Shown in pieces: positions 46,840-56,816 of a DNA stretch of 62,843 nt. The DNA is from Thermoplasmatota archaeon (GTDB lineage: Archaea > Thermoplasmatota > Penumbrarchaeia > Penumbrarchaeales > Penumbrarchaeaceae). The stretch's first letter is position 1; each line of letters opens with the position of its first letter. The translations under genes were made by a program, and so were the position numbers. The notes below the pieces were generated by a model. The model searched no databases, was not told the DNA's origin, and worked only from the letters and a program-made list of their open reading frames with translations. The DNA lies in the NCBI GenBank assembly GCA_965234725.1, contig CBDDUX010000071.1, positions 1 to 62,843 of the forward strand, in the 5' to 3' direction.

Positions 46840-49800
46840 TTGAAAAGGGGAAGTGGGCCTCCTGCAAACATAAATTTGTACTTATTTACAGCAATCACGA
46901 CACTTATGTTCCTATTCATAGTGGTCCAGGGATTGGATCAAGGTCCTATGATTGATAAAGGGGATTGGGATACTTTCAGGGGTGATCCAGCACATTCCGG
47001 GAGAAGCAACATTTCACTTTCCGGAAACAACGGGAAGATGGTGATGATATTCAAGGCGGAAGGTCCGATCTATTCATCCCCTGTGATCTCTGTGGATGGT
47101 TCGATCATAGTAGGATCACTCGACAGATCCGTCTATTCGATACATCCGAACGGGACATTGAAATGGAAGTTTGAAACAGGAGGGGCGGTATATTCCTCCG
47201 CCAGTATCTCCGAGGACGGATCTGTCATAATAGGTTCCATGGACGGGAACCTCTACTCGATCGATGGGGATGGTGATCTGAACTGGAAGTACGGTACAGG
47301 CGGGGGGATCAGATCCTCCCCGGTGATCGGTCCGAACGGAAGGATATTCTTCGGGTCCAGGGATGACAACCTCTACTGTGTCGATGGAGATGGGGACTTT
47401 TATTTCCAGTACATGACCGGTGGAGATGTGGACTCCTCCCCTGCCCTTGCTTCCGATGGTAGGATCCTTGTCGGATCCGACGACGGATGTCTCCACTGCG
47501 TGGACAGCGAAGGAAAGGGGATATGGACCTATGAAACAGAAAGCTGGGTCTATTCCTCTCCCTCGATAGATGCGGATGGTTCGGTCGTGTTCGGGTCCGA
47601 TGACGGATATGTATACAAGCTACATGAGAATGGATCCCTCAACTGGCGTTTATTCACCGGAAATGACGTCTATTCCTCACCTTCGCTTGGACCGGATGGT
47701 AGAATTGTAACCGGTACCGATAACGATACTATACTGGCCATTGCACCAAACGGCAGCGAGCTGTGGTTCTTTGAAATGGGAGATGATGTTTTCTCCTCGC
47801 CACTGGTTGGCAGGGATGGAAGGATATTATCTGCGGACAGGAGCGGCAGGATCGTCTGTCTTAGTGAGAACGGATCGATGATATGGGAAAGGGATGTGCA
47901 ATCTTCCGTGTCTTCCTCATCGCCGGGAATAGACGATAGCGGAACAATATACGTGGGTACAATGGATGGTAGACTGATTGGCATTGGAAGGGACACGGGT
48001 CCTCCGGATCTCATATCGGATGATTCTGACCTGTCTGCAAAAACCGGCGATCCCTTCAATCTTTCAGTAAGTGTGACAGACGACAATTACCTGGAAAATA
48101 TCCGTGTATCCGCGGAATACTGGTTCGGGACAGGGGACCATGTTACTGCCGGTATGGATCGAATCGGCCAGGAATTCAAATGCATTCTGGAAATTCCGAA
48201 TAACAGTCTAGATCATCTCTTCTATCGCTTCATGGCCGAAGATCTCGAGGGGCAGAGGTCCTACTTCCCGGGTCCCTTCTCCAGCCAGATGGTAACGGTT
48301 ATAGATGACGAGGACCCGCAGATACTGGAATGGCGCATAGGAAACTGCACCACGGGAGATCCTGTAGAAATAGAGGTCAAAGCAAGGGACAACGTCGAGG
48401 TTGCATGGGCAGTACTTCACTGGGAGCATGGTGAGAATTCCGCATACAAATCCTTTTTAGAGAGATCGTTTGACGATACATTCAGGACAGTAGTTGCATT
48501 CGCCCACAGCATGGAACCATTCGAGTACTGGATAGAAGCAATAGACAGTTCGGGCAATAACGCTTCCACCCCGCTCCTTACTGCCGATGTTCGAGACAAC
48601 GATCCCCCGGAATTCTCGGATAACAGTCCGAAAACCATGCTGATGGATCAGCCATACACATTCGATATTGATATATGGGACAATATGGGAGGTGTATTGG
48701 TGAGTATTGAATTCATCTTGGGAAATAATCAAGGAGATTTCACCATTCCTGGGAATGGTCAGTATTCATGGTATCCTCTTCCCTTTGAATACGGGATTTC
48801 ATCATTAATGTACAGGATCACCGTCACAGACGGCAGTGGGAACAATATCACCGGAGAATGGACCGAGGTCAGGATCCTTAACGACTCGGGACCGGGTATC
48901 TCCCTTCTTCCTCAGGCCGGCCCCACAACGGGTGATCCTTACCGATTAGAGGCGAAGATGATCCATGCTATTCCTGAATCGGTTTTTGTTGAATACTGGT
49001 TCGGGGACGGGCCGGGAAGCTTCGAGTGGATGAACCATTCAGGTGAGATCTTCTCATTGATTATCGATATTCCGGAGAATTCGACCGACAGCCTGTTCGT
49101 GAAGATCAACGGAACCAACCCTGACGGTTTCTCCAATACTCTGGGTCCGATAGAGCTGTACGTAACGGACAACGACTCTCCGTCTTTAACATCGATGATC
49201 TTACCTTCCGAATGCGGAACCGGAAATGATCTTGTCATAAATGTGACGGCTGAGGATAATATCGGAGTGGAACTTCTGGCCGTGGAATTCGGTTTCGGAG
49301 AGTTGGTAACTGATAACCTGACATTTGAGGGGGCGGGTCCCTATTCATTTTCCATACCAGTTCCATCATCATTCATCGGGGAGTTGCACATCTCCTTCGT
49401 GGTAGAGGATGTTTTCGGAAACAGGGAAACCAGTGAGATATTCGGAGTTCACGTAAAGGATGATGATCCCCCGAACATCGTTTCCGACCTCACGCCCTCT
49501 TCCGTAAAAACAGGAGATGAACTGGTATTCAAGGCGGAGGTTTCGGACAATATAATGGTGGAATCGGTTCATGTGGTATTCAGGATCGAGAACGGAACCG
49601 AAGAAGAGATCGAGCTTACAGATTCTGGTCATTATACTGCCGGAATTAGGGCTCCGGATGAAGGAGGAAATCTCTATTACCACTTCAGAGCGATGGATTC
49701 CTCCGGAAATATTATCGAGACTCCTGAAAAGTCCATACAGGTCGAAAAGGAAAAGAACGTGTCCGATGAATCCTCCGTTTCACCCCTTATCATCATCCTC

Positions 49801-49884
49801 GGAGTTGTTGTCTTACTCGCCATATTTATCCTTGCTGTCTACCTTTTATCAAGAAGAGGCTACGAAAGGGGGGGAGAGGAATGA
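46840..49884 (+). CDS. Surface protein: PQQ-type beta-propeller + Ig-like repeats + C-terminal TM
   Basis: WDTFRGD, about 8 W.F.TG..SSP....DG....GS.D repeats, repeated TTGDP/DNDPP modules, TM + RRGYERGGEE; SD GGTGAGG before TTG. Confidence 0.88.
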   Translation: MKRGSGPPANINLYLFTAITTLMFLFIVVQGLDQGPMIDKGDWDTFRGDPAHSGRSNISLSGNNGKMVMIFKAEGPIYSSPVISVDGSIIVGSLDRSVYSIHPNGTLKWKFETGGAVYSSASISEDGSVIIGSMDGNLYSIDGDGDLNWKYGTGGGIRSSPVIGPNGRIFFGSRDDNLYCVDGDGDFYFQYMTGGDVDSSPALASDGRILVGSDDGCLHCVDSEGKGIWTYETESWVYSSPSIDADGSVVFGSDDGYVYKLHENGSLNWRLFTGNDVYSSPSLGPDGRIVTGTDNDTILAIAPNGSELWFFEMGDDVFSSPLVGRDGRILSADRSGRIVCLSENGSMIWERDVQSSVSSSSPGIDDSGTIYVGTMDGRLIGIGRDTGPPDLISDDSDLSAKTGDPFNLSVSVTDDNYLENIRVSAEYWFGTGDHVTAGMDRIGQEFKCILEIPNNSLDHLFYRFMAEDLEGQRSYFPGPFSSQMVTVIDDEDPQILEWRIGNCTTGDPVEIEVKARDNVEVAWAVLHWEHGENSAYKSFLERSFDDTFRTVVAFAHSMEPFEYWIEAIDSSGNNASTPLLTADVRDNDPPEFSDNSPKTMLMDQPYTFDIDIWDNMGGVLVSIEFILGNNQGDFTIPGNGQYSWYPLPFEYGISSLMYRITVTDGSGNNITGEWTEVRILNDSGPGISLLPQAGPTTGDPYRLEAKMIHAIPESVFVEYWFGDGPGSFEWMNHSGEIFSLIIDIPENSTDSLFVKINGTNPDGFSNTLGPIELYVTDNDSPSLTSMILPSECGTGNDLVINVTAEDNIGVELLAVEFGFGELVTDNLTFEGAGPYSFSIPVPSSFIGELHISFVVEDVFGNRETSEIFGVHVKDDDPPNIVSDLTPSSVKTGDELVFKAEVSDNIMVESVHVVFRIENGTEEEIELTDSGHYTAGIRAPDEGGNLYYHFRAMDSSGNIIETPEKSIQVEKEKNVSDESSVSPLIIILGVVVLLAIFILAVYLLSRRGYERGGEE
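47047..47995 (+). repeat. Tandem PQQ-type propeller repeats (about 40 aa / 120 nt units)
   Basis: Recurring TATTCCTC-like (YSS) and GGTCC..GA motifs at about 120-nt spacing. Confidence 0.8.
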
Positions 49885-52800
49885 AAGGAATGGAATATTC
49901 CTTGAACAGGATGGTCCCCATCATTCTCATCATCACCATCCTCTCCCCCCTGAACTTCATGTCAGCGGGATCCCCGAAATCTGGGTCCGCTGAGATGAGC
50001 GGAGAGGAGATAGCCACTTCAGGTGGGTTCGAATTCCGATTGGATGAGGGAAACGGTCAGATCCTTCATGACCTGAACGATGAGGAACCTTTTGCAACCG
50101 GATCAAGTGTGAAAAATGGCTTTTTGGGTTCCTCCCCTTACCCTGATGAGTACGATCCTGATTGGACATCCAATACCAGAAATGGATTCGCCCTCCAGTT
50201 CTTCGAAGGAGACCGAGTGACGTTCCCGTATGATCCGGGGATGGATGATGGACAGTTCACATTAAGGGTATCCGTTTTCCCCTACAGTGTTGATGGGGAG
50301 AGGGCTATTTTTGCTTACGAGGATTCTGATAATGAAATGAATGGTCTCTTCATCAACGATGGGAACCTCGTGACAAGATGGAACGGTGGATCGGTTTCAC
50401 ATGATACATTGGCGATCGAACCAGGTTCATGGTATGATATAGATGTGTTCTGGGACCCTCCATTCGAGGAGGTCCATGTGAATGGTATCAAGATCGACAG
50501 GCAGGAGTGGAGGTTCTTCACTCCCTCAATTTCCGATCTCAAAGAGCTTTCTTTTGGAGTATTAATCGATGGAGGAGGGTATAGATTCCCATTCTCGGGA
50601 ATCATGGACGATATTCTGATCTCCAAGGGTGAAGGAAACATAGGTGGGATCATTGGATCCTGGAACTTTCAGGAGTCGACTTCATCAGGATCAACATTGG
50701 TGGTTGACAGGTCCGGACATGACAACCACGGGACATATTATGATCCCGGAGGTATGGTTGACAGTCCAAACCATGTTGATGGAGTTTATGGAAATTGTAT
50801 TGATTTCGATCAACATGGTTCGTATATCGATTGCGGAGATCTGGGAGGAGGTCCTTTTTCGGATGGATCCGATTGGTCGATTTCACTTTGGGTGTATCCT
50901 GGCCTGATCCATAATGGATTGAGCAGTAATAATATCTCCAATACATTCCTCTCCTACTCCTCTCCCTCTATCGATGATCCGGATGGTTTCGAGATGGGAT
51001 TGGATGAGGACCTTCACATTTTATACCATGTGGCTGTAGAAGGTCCAGATGGTGAAGAGATCCTTTCCGGAAGGTCTAAATCAGCTATCTCCAGCGGAGA
51101 ATGGTCACATTTATTCTTATCGATGGAAAAGGAGATCGGTAAATGGACCTTCAATGTATTAGTAGACGGATTTAAGGTTTTCATTGGTCCTGTGTCACTT
51201 CCGGGACCACTGGCTTCTGATAACCAAAGTTATTGTAATTTCACTATCGGAGGCTCCATAGCCTCCACACCTTCATTTTTCAACGGCAAACTGGATGATT
51301 TGATCATCAGATCATCCATTTCCAATCCCTATTCGGGAAAGAACACATCCATCTACCATCTGGACTCCGACACTTCCGATAAGAGCATGTTCACGGACAG
51401 GGACCTAACTCCTAACAACATCCAATTTGTTTCCCATCCTAAGAAGTATGGAGAGGGTAGTGCATATTTCGATGGAGCATCCTCCTTCCTCTACCATACC
51501 GATCCCGATCAATTCTTATCGGATCCCTTTTCTGTCGAACTCTGGGTCCTTCCTTTATCCATCAATCAGGGGGATGTTCTTTTCTCCATCTCGGATGGAG
51601 AGGGTAACGATTCAATTGAACTGTCACTGAACCTGGACGGTTCCATGACACTTCATATTGCCCTTGACAATGGTGTCATGGACCATACTCTTTTAATGAA
51701 CTCCCGTAAAAGGATCAATATCGATAACTGGTCCCATATCAGAGTCACATACGGTATGGGACAGGCTTCAATCTCTTTGAACGGAGTCCTCGACAATCTG
51801 ACAAGAAAGGACCTTAATGACATGGTGATATCACATGGTTTCCCTGGTCAGGTCCTCATGATCGGGGCAAGGAAAAGCATTCCGATATCAGGTCAATTCA
51901 ACGGTTTCATTGATGAGATCATGATATCTGATAAGGATCCGGATGATTCGATCGATACTGACGGTGACAGCATGTCAGATTCCTATGAATTGATGAGATC
52001 TGCTGATTCCACCGTTTTTGATCCTCTCGATTGTAACGGGCGATATGCTCTACTTGTAGGTAATAACGACAACCGTTCCGACAAGAATGTGGGATTTGCA
52101 TCTGCCAACGATGTCAGGGACCTGAGGTACCTTCTCAAGTCCCTTGGATGGCTTGACTGCGATATATCTGTCCTTTTAAACAGGGAGAATATCCTTGGTT
52201 CCTCTTACGGAAACCTCTCATACATTGATGGCACCCCCTCAAGGGCCGATGTTGTAAGTGGATTGGAATGCTTGGGTGATAGAAGCGGTCCTTCCGATCT
52301 TGTGATGATCTTCTATTCTGGTCATGGAGACCAGCTTCCTGATGATGATGGAGATGAGGACCATTTTGATTTCTCATCCGCAGGAAAGAATATGAGCAAA
52401 CAGGATGAACAGCTGGCACTGAGCGATCGTCTAGATGGAGATCCGGATCAGCTTTCAGATGATGATTATTCAAAACTCGTATTGGAGATCAGGGCAAAGC
52501 AGATGGTCCAGATCATAGTCTCATGCAATTCGGGAGGCTTCCTGGAAGATGTTAAACAGGGTTATAATGGAGAGACGAACAAACCCTGGGAGATGTATAC
52601 AGTGATCACCGCCTGCCATGAGAATGACGTTGCATATGTGAAGAACAGGGAATCCTCTTTCCTGGCTCAGAGCATGTTCGACAAAGCCATGAGGAAGACC
52701 GACAGGGACCAGTGGGGAGACCGCAAGGCATTCGGAAGGTGTGATTGGGACCCCGATATAGATGTCACGATCAATAATATGAGATTCATAGAGCAGGATG

Positions 52801-53165
52801 GAGTATCCGAGGACCATCCGACCAAAGTGGATGATCCTCCCCACTGGCAGAGAAATCACTATACGGAAACAGGTTATGTCCCTGGATACGAGAATGGATG
52901 GGAAGGCCAGGACTTCCCCGATTCAAATTTCCTCTGGGGAGAGACAGATAGAGCGACCATGTACGTTTCCATGTTGGATTACTCACCCTCGAACAATAAT
53001 GGGATCATAGACATTGAGGAGGCCTTCTATTTCTCGGTACATAATGAATATCTGGGTGAGGGGAGTATTAATCCGGAAGCCGATCCCAACTCCTCCACCG
53101 ACCTGGGAGACGATCCTCTGATATTTGATTCCGATCCGGTATCTTCATCGAAGATCTATCTCTGA
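49881..53165 (+). CDS. Secreted protein: about 3 LamG/ConA-like domains + C-terminal caspase-like (clan CD, C14-type) domain
   Basis: Signal peptide; FSGIMDD, FNGKLDD, FNGFIDE LamG ends; YALLVG, FYSGHG, VSCNSGGF; no C-terminal TM. Confidence 0.85.
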   Translation: MKGMEYSLNRMVPIILIITILSPLNFMSAGSPKSGSAEMSGEEIATSGGFEFRLDEGNGQILHDLNDEEPFATGSSVKNGFLGSSPYPDEYDPDWTSNTRNGFALQFFEGDRVTFPYDPGMDDGQFTLRVSVFPYSVDGERAIFAYEDSDNEMNGLFINDGNLVTRWNGGSVSHDTLAIEPGSWYDIDVFWDPPFEEVHVNGIKIDRQEWRFFTPSISDLKELSFGVLIDGGGYRFPFSGIMDDILISKGEGNIGGIIGSWNFQESTSSGSTLVVDRSGHDNHGTYYDPGGMVDSPNHVDGVYGNCIDFDQHGSYIDCGDLGGGPFSDGSDWSISLWVYPGLIHNGLSSNNISNTFLSYSSPSIDDPDGFEMGLDEDLHILYHVAVEGPDGEEILSGRSKSAISSGEWSHLFLSMEKEIGKWTFNVLVDGFKVFIGPVSLPGPLASDNQSYCNFTIGGSIASTPSFFNGKLDDLIIRSSISNPYSGKNTSIYHLDSDTSDKSMFTDRDLTPNNIQFVSHPKKYGEGSAYFDGASSFLYHTDPDQFLSDPFSVELWVLPLSINQGDVLFSISDGEGNDSIELSLNLDGSMTLHIALDNGVMDHTLLMNSRKRINIDNWSHIRVTYGMGQASISLNGVLDNLTRKDLNDMVISHGFPGQVLMIGARKSIPISGQFNGFIDEIMISDKDPDDSIDTDGDSMSDSYELMRSADSTVFDPLDCNGRYALLVGNNDNRSDKNVGFASANDVRDLRYLLKSLGWLDCDISVLLNRENILGSSYGNLSYIDGTPSRADVVSGLECLGDRSGPSDLVMIFYSGHGDQLPDDDGDEDHFDFSSAGKNMSKQDEQLALSDRLDGDPDQLSDDDYSKLVLEIRAKQMVQIIVSCNSGGFLEDVKQGYNGETNKPWEMYTVITACHENDVAYVKNRESSFLAQSMFDKAMRKTDRDQWGDRKAFGRCDWDPDIDVTINNMRFIEQDGVSEDHPTKVDDPPHWQRNHYTETGYVPGYENGWEGQDFPDSNFLWGETDRATMYVSMLDYSPSNNNGIIDIEEAFYFSVHNEYLGEGSINPEADPNSSTDLGDDPLIFDSDPVSSSKIYL

Positions 53166-53211
53166 CCTATGAGAAAATGATCAGTAAGATGAAGAGATTT
53201 TTTCCTCTAAT

Positions 53212-53859
53212 TCAACGGAGCTTAAAACTCATTATTAGGTGGCCGTTTTCAAGTTCTTCCATGCTCTCCATTAGTAAGGGGACCGGACCTTCCAGCTCCT
53301 CGAAGAAAGGAGTGTTCCCACCGCCTACAAGGACCGGATTCATTAAAACTACCAATCTGTCAACCAGGCCCTGATCCATCAAAACCTTATTGAGGACCCC
53401 ACCGGTGTCCGTCCTCATCTTCCTCAGTCCGAATCTCTCATAGAGAACATTCAGGGCTTCCACCAAGTCCACCCGATCCTCCCCGGTCTCGATATATTGG
53501 TATTTTCTCTCCTTTAGGTATTTTCTGTATTCATCGGGGGTCCTCTTGGATATCAGGACAAGGACCTCTCTGATATAGGGAAGGTGTCTGAAGACATGAT
53601 GGGACCTCAACCTACCCTTGCTGTCAACAAAGATCACGTATGGAAGGCTCTCGTCATCGATTGATGATGGAGGTTCTCTATCATCTTGAGTCTCCTCGGG
53701 GACCTCCTCCATCGAACGGAGAATGGTCTCTGATCCTATCAGGACCCCATCATTCCCCCACGCTGATGAGATCCCGTAATAGAGGTCCAGGTCCGCTTCG
53801 AATCCTGTCAGTCTTCCGTCAAGGCTGACCGTATTGTATATCGTCATCTCCGGTCTCAT
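53212..53859 (-). CDS. RibD C-terminal domain reductase
   Basis: SLDGR, IGSET, VDSKGR, GGVLN, GLVD...P. Confidence 0.88.
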   Translation of the reverse strand: MRPEMTIYNTVSLDGRLTGFEADLDLYYGISSAWGNDGVLIGSETILRSMEEVPEETQDDREPPSSIDDESLPYVIFVDSKGRLRSHHVFRHLPYIREVLVLISKRTPDEYRKYLKERKYQYIETGEDRVDLVEALNVLYERFGLRKMRTDTGGVLNKVLMDQGLVDRLVVLMNPVLVGGGNTPFFEELEGPVPLLMESMEELENGHLIMSFKLR

Positions 53860-53899
53860 TCGGGATCACTCCGTTAAATGCTACACAAGGAAATGGTGA

Positions 53900-56659
53900 T
53901 CAGGAGTACCTGGGATCGGTGCATACTTTTCCCAGTTCCTTTATCTCCTCACCCTTGAACCTCCGCCTGTACCAGTAGTTTCCCTTGAGCCAGAGGAGTA
54001 AGAGTGTTGGAAGTACATAAACAGATGCAAGGAACGCGAAAAGGACAGATAGAGCAGTGACCTGGCCGAACTGTGCTAGCGGTGGAATGACGGCAAGAGA
54101 TAGAATAGCAAATCCGATGACCGTCGTCATCATCGATCCGAAAAGGGCACTCCCAGTATGACTGACCGCTACTGAAAGGGCGCATATCCCGTCTTCGATC
54201 CTATCCAGATCCTCCAGAAACCTCTGGGAGATGTGAATGCCGTAATCTATACCTATTCCTACGGTGATCGCAGAGATTGTAACGGTCACAACGTTCAGGG
54301 GAATTCCGAAATAGAACATGCCTCCGGTGGTCCATGCAAGGACAAGGATCAATGGAAGCATGGTAACAAGCCCCAAGAGGGCTGCCCTTCTGATAAAGAT
54401 GAATATTATTGAAAGGATCACAAGAGAGACGAAGAACGTGACCACTATCGATTGGATCTGGCCGCCTGAGATCGCTTCAAGGACCGCTTGCTGGACCAGA
54501 GGCCCTCCCGTGGGAGTGACCTTATCGAGGACCTCCCCTTCAAGTTCCTCCATAGGTTTTGCGGCGTACCTGACCTGGTCCCTGACCTCTTCGGCCCTGG
54601 ATCCTCCCCTGCTGTTTACAGGGATCCGGATGACCATTCCGGTATATTCGCCATCTTCCATTCTAAGGACCCTTGATGCCTGGTCCTCATCAGCTTCGAA
54701 AAGAGCGTCATATACAGCTGTCACATTTTCAGAGGTGATACCTGTATCCAGGATCCCATCGAAATCATTATCAAGGTTCTCATGCCAAACTTCTGAGAAT
54801 ACAGGATCATAGGTAGGCCCCGAGGAATTTGATAAGGTGTAACCAAGGTCCAATGGGGATCCGAATTGACCTGAAGCAACGACATCCTCGCCTTCCAATG
54901 CATTTGCCTTGACAGCTGGAATCGTTAACAGAACCGAAGGATCGGCAACATCCCCTTCTGCCAGCACATAGGCTTCCTCAGATGAGAAGTCGAAATCATC
55001 CACAACCGATTTCGTGGCATCGGTGACCTCCAGACCATCAGGGAGGAAATCCCTGAAATCAAAGGTGGGTTCTAGCTGAAGTCCTCCCCACATTCCAACA
55101 CCTGTCATCAACAGGACCACTGGAACAACTATCCATGGATACTGCGCCAATGACGACCCACCGGACATTATCCTGTTGAGAAGGGAGTGGCCCTCAGGCC
55201 TCACGATCCCTGAAGAGGGAATACCAAGGTCCTTTGCCCTCTTATCAGCCCAACCCCAGATATTGTTCCGTTTTTGCTTCTTTTCTCTGAACAGAGGTTT
55301 GCCTTTCTTCTCTTTCCTCCGCTCCCTAAGGACCCTTGCGGCAGGTACGAAGGTCATCATGATGATGAATGCGGACAGGATCCCGGTTGCATTCAGGATA
55401 CCAAAGACCCTGATGCCAGGCGAGCTGGCGGTGAGATTGGAAAGGAATCCGATCAACGTTGTAACCGTAGCCAGTAAGATCGCGAATCCAACAGAGGCTT
55501 CGGCAGTGGTGATCGCCTCCCTGACCTTCTTTCCCTTCCTGACCTCTTCCCTGTATCTCAGGGTCAGGTGTATACCGTAATCTATACCCAATCCTATGAC
55601 GAGGACAGGGACCGTTGTTAGAGATGGATTGTTATCGAATCCCAGGATCCCACCTACGCCGTATACCCAGATGATCGCCATGAACAGTCCGGAAACATTG
55701 ATCACTATCTCGAACCAGTCCCTGAAGACGAATATCAGTACCAGTATCACCATGATCAAGGCAAGCAGGAACAGAATTCCCATTGAACTGCCGGATGCCT
55801 CATTGATCTTCTCGTTGACCAGCTCATTTCCGATCGCCACCATTTTCAGACCATTATTCTCGTCCTCGACCTGATTTGCTATGGCATCCAGTTCCTTTTC
55901 TGCTTTCAGTGCGATATCTGGCTCAAGTTCAGGATCGGTTGAAATTACGAACAATGCCTGCTTGGCAAAGATCCCTCCTGTAGTGTATTCTTTTGAAAGG
56001 AGGAATTCAAGAGCCACTGCCATGGGAGCCTGAGCCGTATACAATGGAAGGTCCTGAGGTTCATAGGGTTGGAATTCAAGGAAGAGGGGATCCATCAAGC
56101 AATCAATATCCACAGAGATGCTGCCTCCGGAAAGGACGATTCTCTTCTCATCGATCGACAGGAAAAAACCCTTGGATATGAAGGCGTTTATCAATTTCTC
56201 TGCTTCAAGACAGGTCTGGTTGATACTGCTGTTTGATATGAACTCCTGGGATGCGATGAATGACCTCGTGTAGAATATGGACTGGACCACGATCTCAGCA
56301 GGGGAAGATATACCATTGGGATCGTCAGGACCGGAGATGATCAGATCGGATACTCCCGATCCCAGGGTCCTGTTCTCCAATTCAAGTTGGGCCAGGAGGG
56401 ATCCCCTCGAAAGAACATTATCCTCAGCCTTTATCAGGACCGTGAGCTGGCCTCTCTGGGAACCGAACTCATCTCTGACCTTCTGGTTTGCTTTTGACAC
56501 ATCATCGTCAGGAGTGAAAGCATCCTCCTCGCTGGCCTGTTCGAAATCCTGGGAGAAATATCCCATGATAAGAGTTACGACCAGTATCAGTGATATGAAG
56601 ACCCATGGTGCTTTCGTGATCGCCTTTCCATAATTTCCAAGGACCGACATATTTCTCAT
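53900..56659 (-). CDS. MMPL/RND-family exporter
   Basis: Duplicated GLGIDYGIH / GIGIDYGIH motifs; 2 x (1+5) TM topology. Confidence 0.93.
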   Translation of the reverse strand: MRNMSVLGNYGKAITKAPWVFISLILVVTLIMGYFSQDFEQASEEDAFTPDDDVSKANQKVRDEFGSQRGQLTVLIKAEDNVLSRGSLLAQLELENRTLGSGVSDLIISGPDDPNGISSPAEIVVQSIFYTRSFIASQEFISNSSINQTCLEAEKLINAFISKGFFLSIDEKRIVLSGGSISVDIDCLMDPLFLEFQPYEPQDLPLYTAQAPMAVALEFLLSKEYTTGGIFAKQALFVISTDPELEPDIALKAEKELDAIANQVEDENNGLKMVAIGNELVNEKINEASGSSMGILFLLALIMVILVLIFVFRDWFEIVINVSGLFMAIIWVYGVGGILGFDNNPSLTTVPVLVIGLGIDYGIHLTLRYREEVRKGKKVREAITTAEASVGFAILLATVTTLIGFLSNLTASSPGIRVFGILNATGILSAFIIMMTFVPAARVLRERRKEKKGKPLFREKKQKRNNIWGWADKRAKDLGIPSSGIVRPEGHSLLNRIMSGGSSLAQYPWIVVPVVLLMTGVGMWGGLQLEPTFDFRDFLPDGLEVTDATKSVVDDFDFSSEEAYVLAEGDVADPSVLLTIPAVKANALEGEDVVASGQFGSPLDLGYTLSNSSGPTYDPVFSEVWHENLDNDFDGILDTGITSENVTAVYDALFEADEDQASRVLRMEDGEYTGMVIRIPVNSRGGSRAEEVRDQVRYAAKPMEELEGEVLDKVTPTGGPLVQQAVLEAISGGQIQSIVVTFFVSLVILSIIFIFIRRAALLGLVTMLPLILVLAWTTGGMFYFGIPLNVVTVTISAITVGIGIDYGIHISQRFLEDLDRIEDGICALSVAVSHTGSALFGSMMTTVIGFAILSLAVIPPLAQFGQVTALSVLFAFLASVYVLPTLLLLWLKGNYWYRRRFKGEEIKELGKVCTDPRYS

Positions 56660-56816
56660 CCCCTATAATTATCAATTATACTATCCAAATAGTTGGATCA
56701 AGAGGTGTCAGGAAACCTCCTCTCACCATTACTATCGTTTTCCAATAGATAAAGGATGTTCCGAATATATATGGTAGAGACCGATGCTGAACCTGGATCG
56801 TTAACAATGACTTAGA

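Noticed and set aside
47047..47995. DNA repeats as a CRISPR array or DGR template/variable pair
   Set aside because: They are degenerate in-frame protein repeats; no reverse transcriptase or adenine-specific variation is seen
53795..53810. tRNA T-loop-like TTCGAATCC
   Set aside because: Lies inside the RibD-like CDS and no cloverleaf is present
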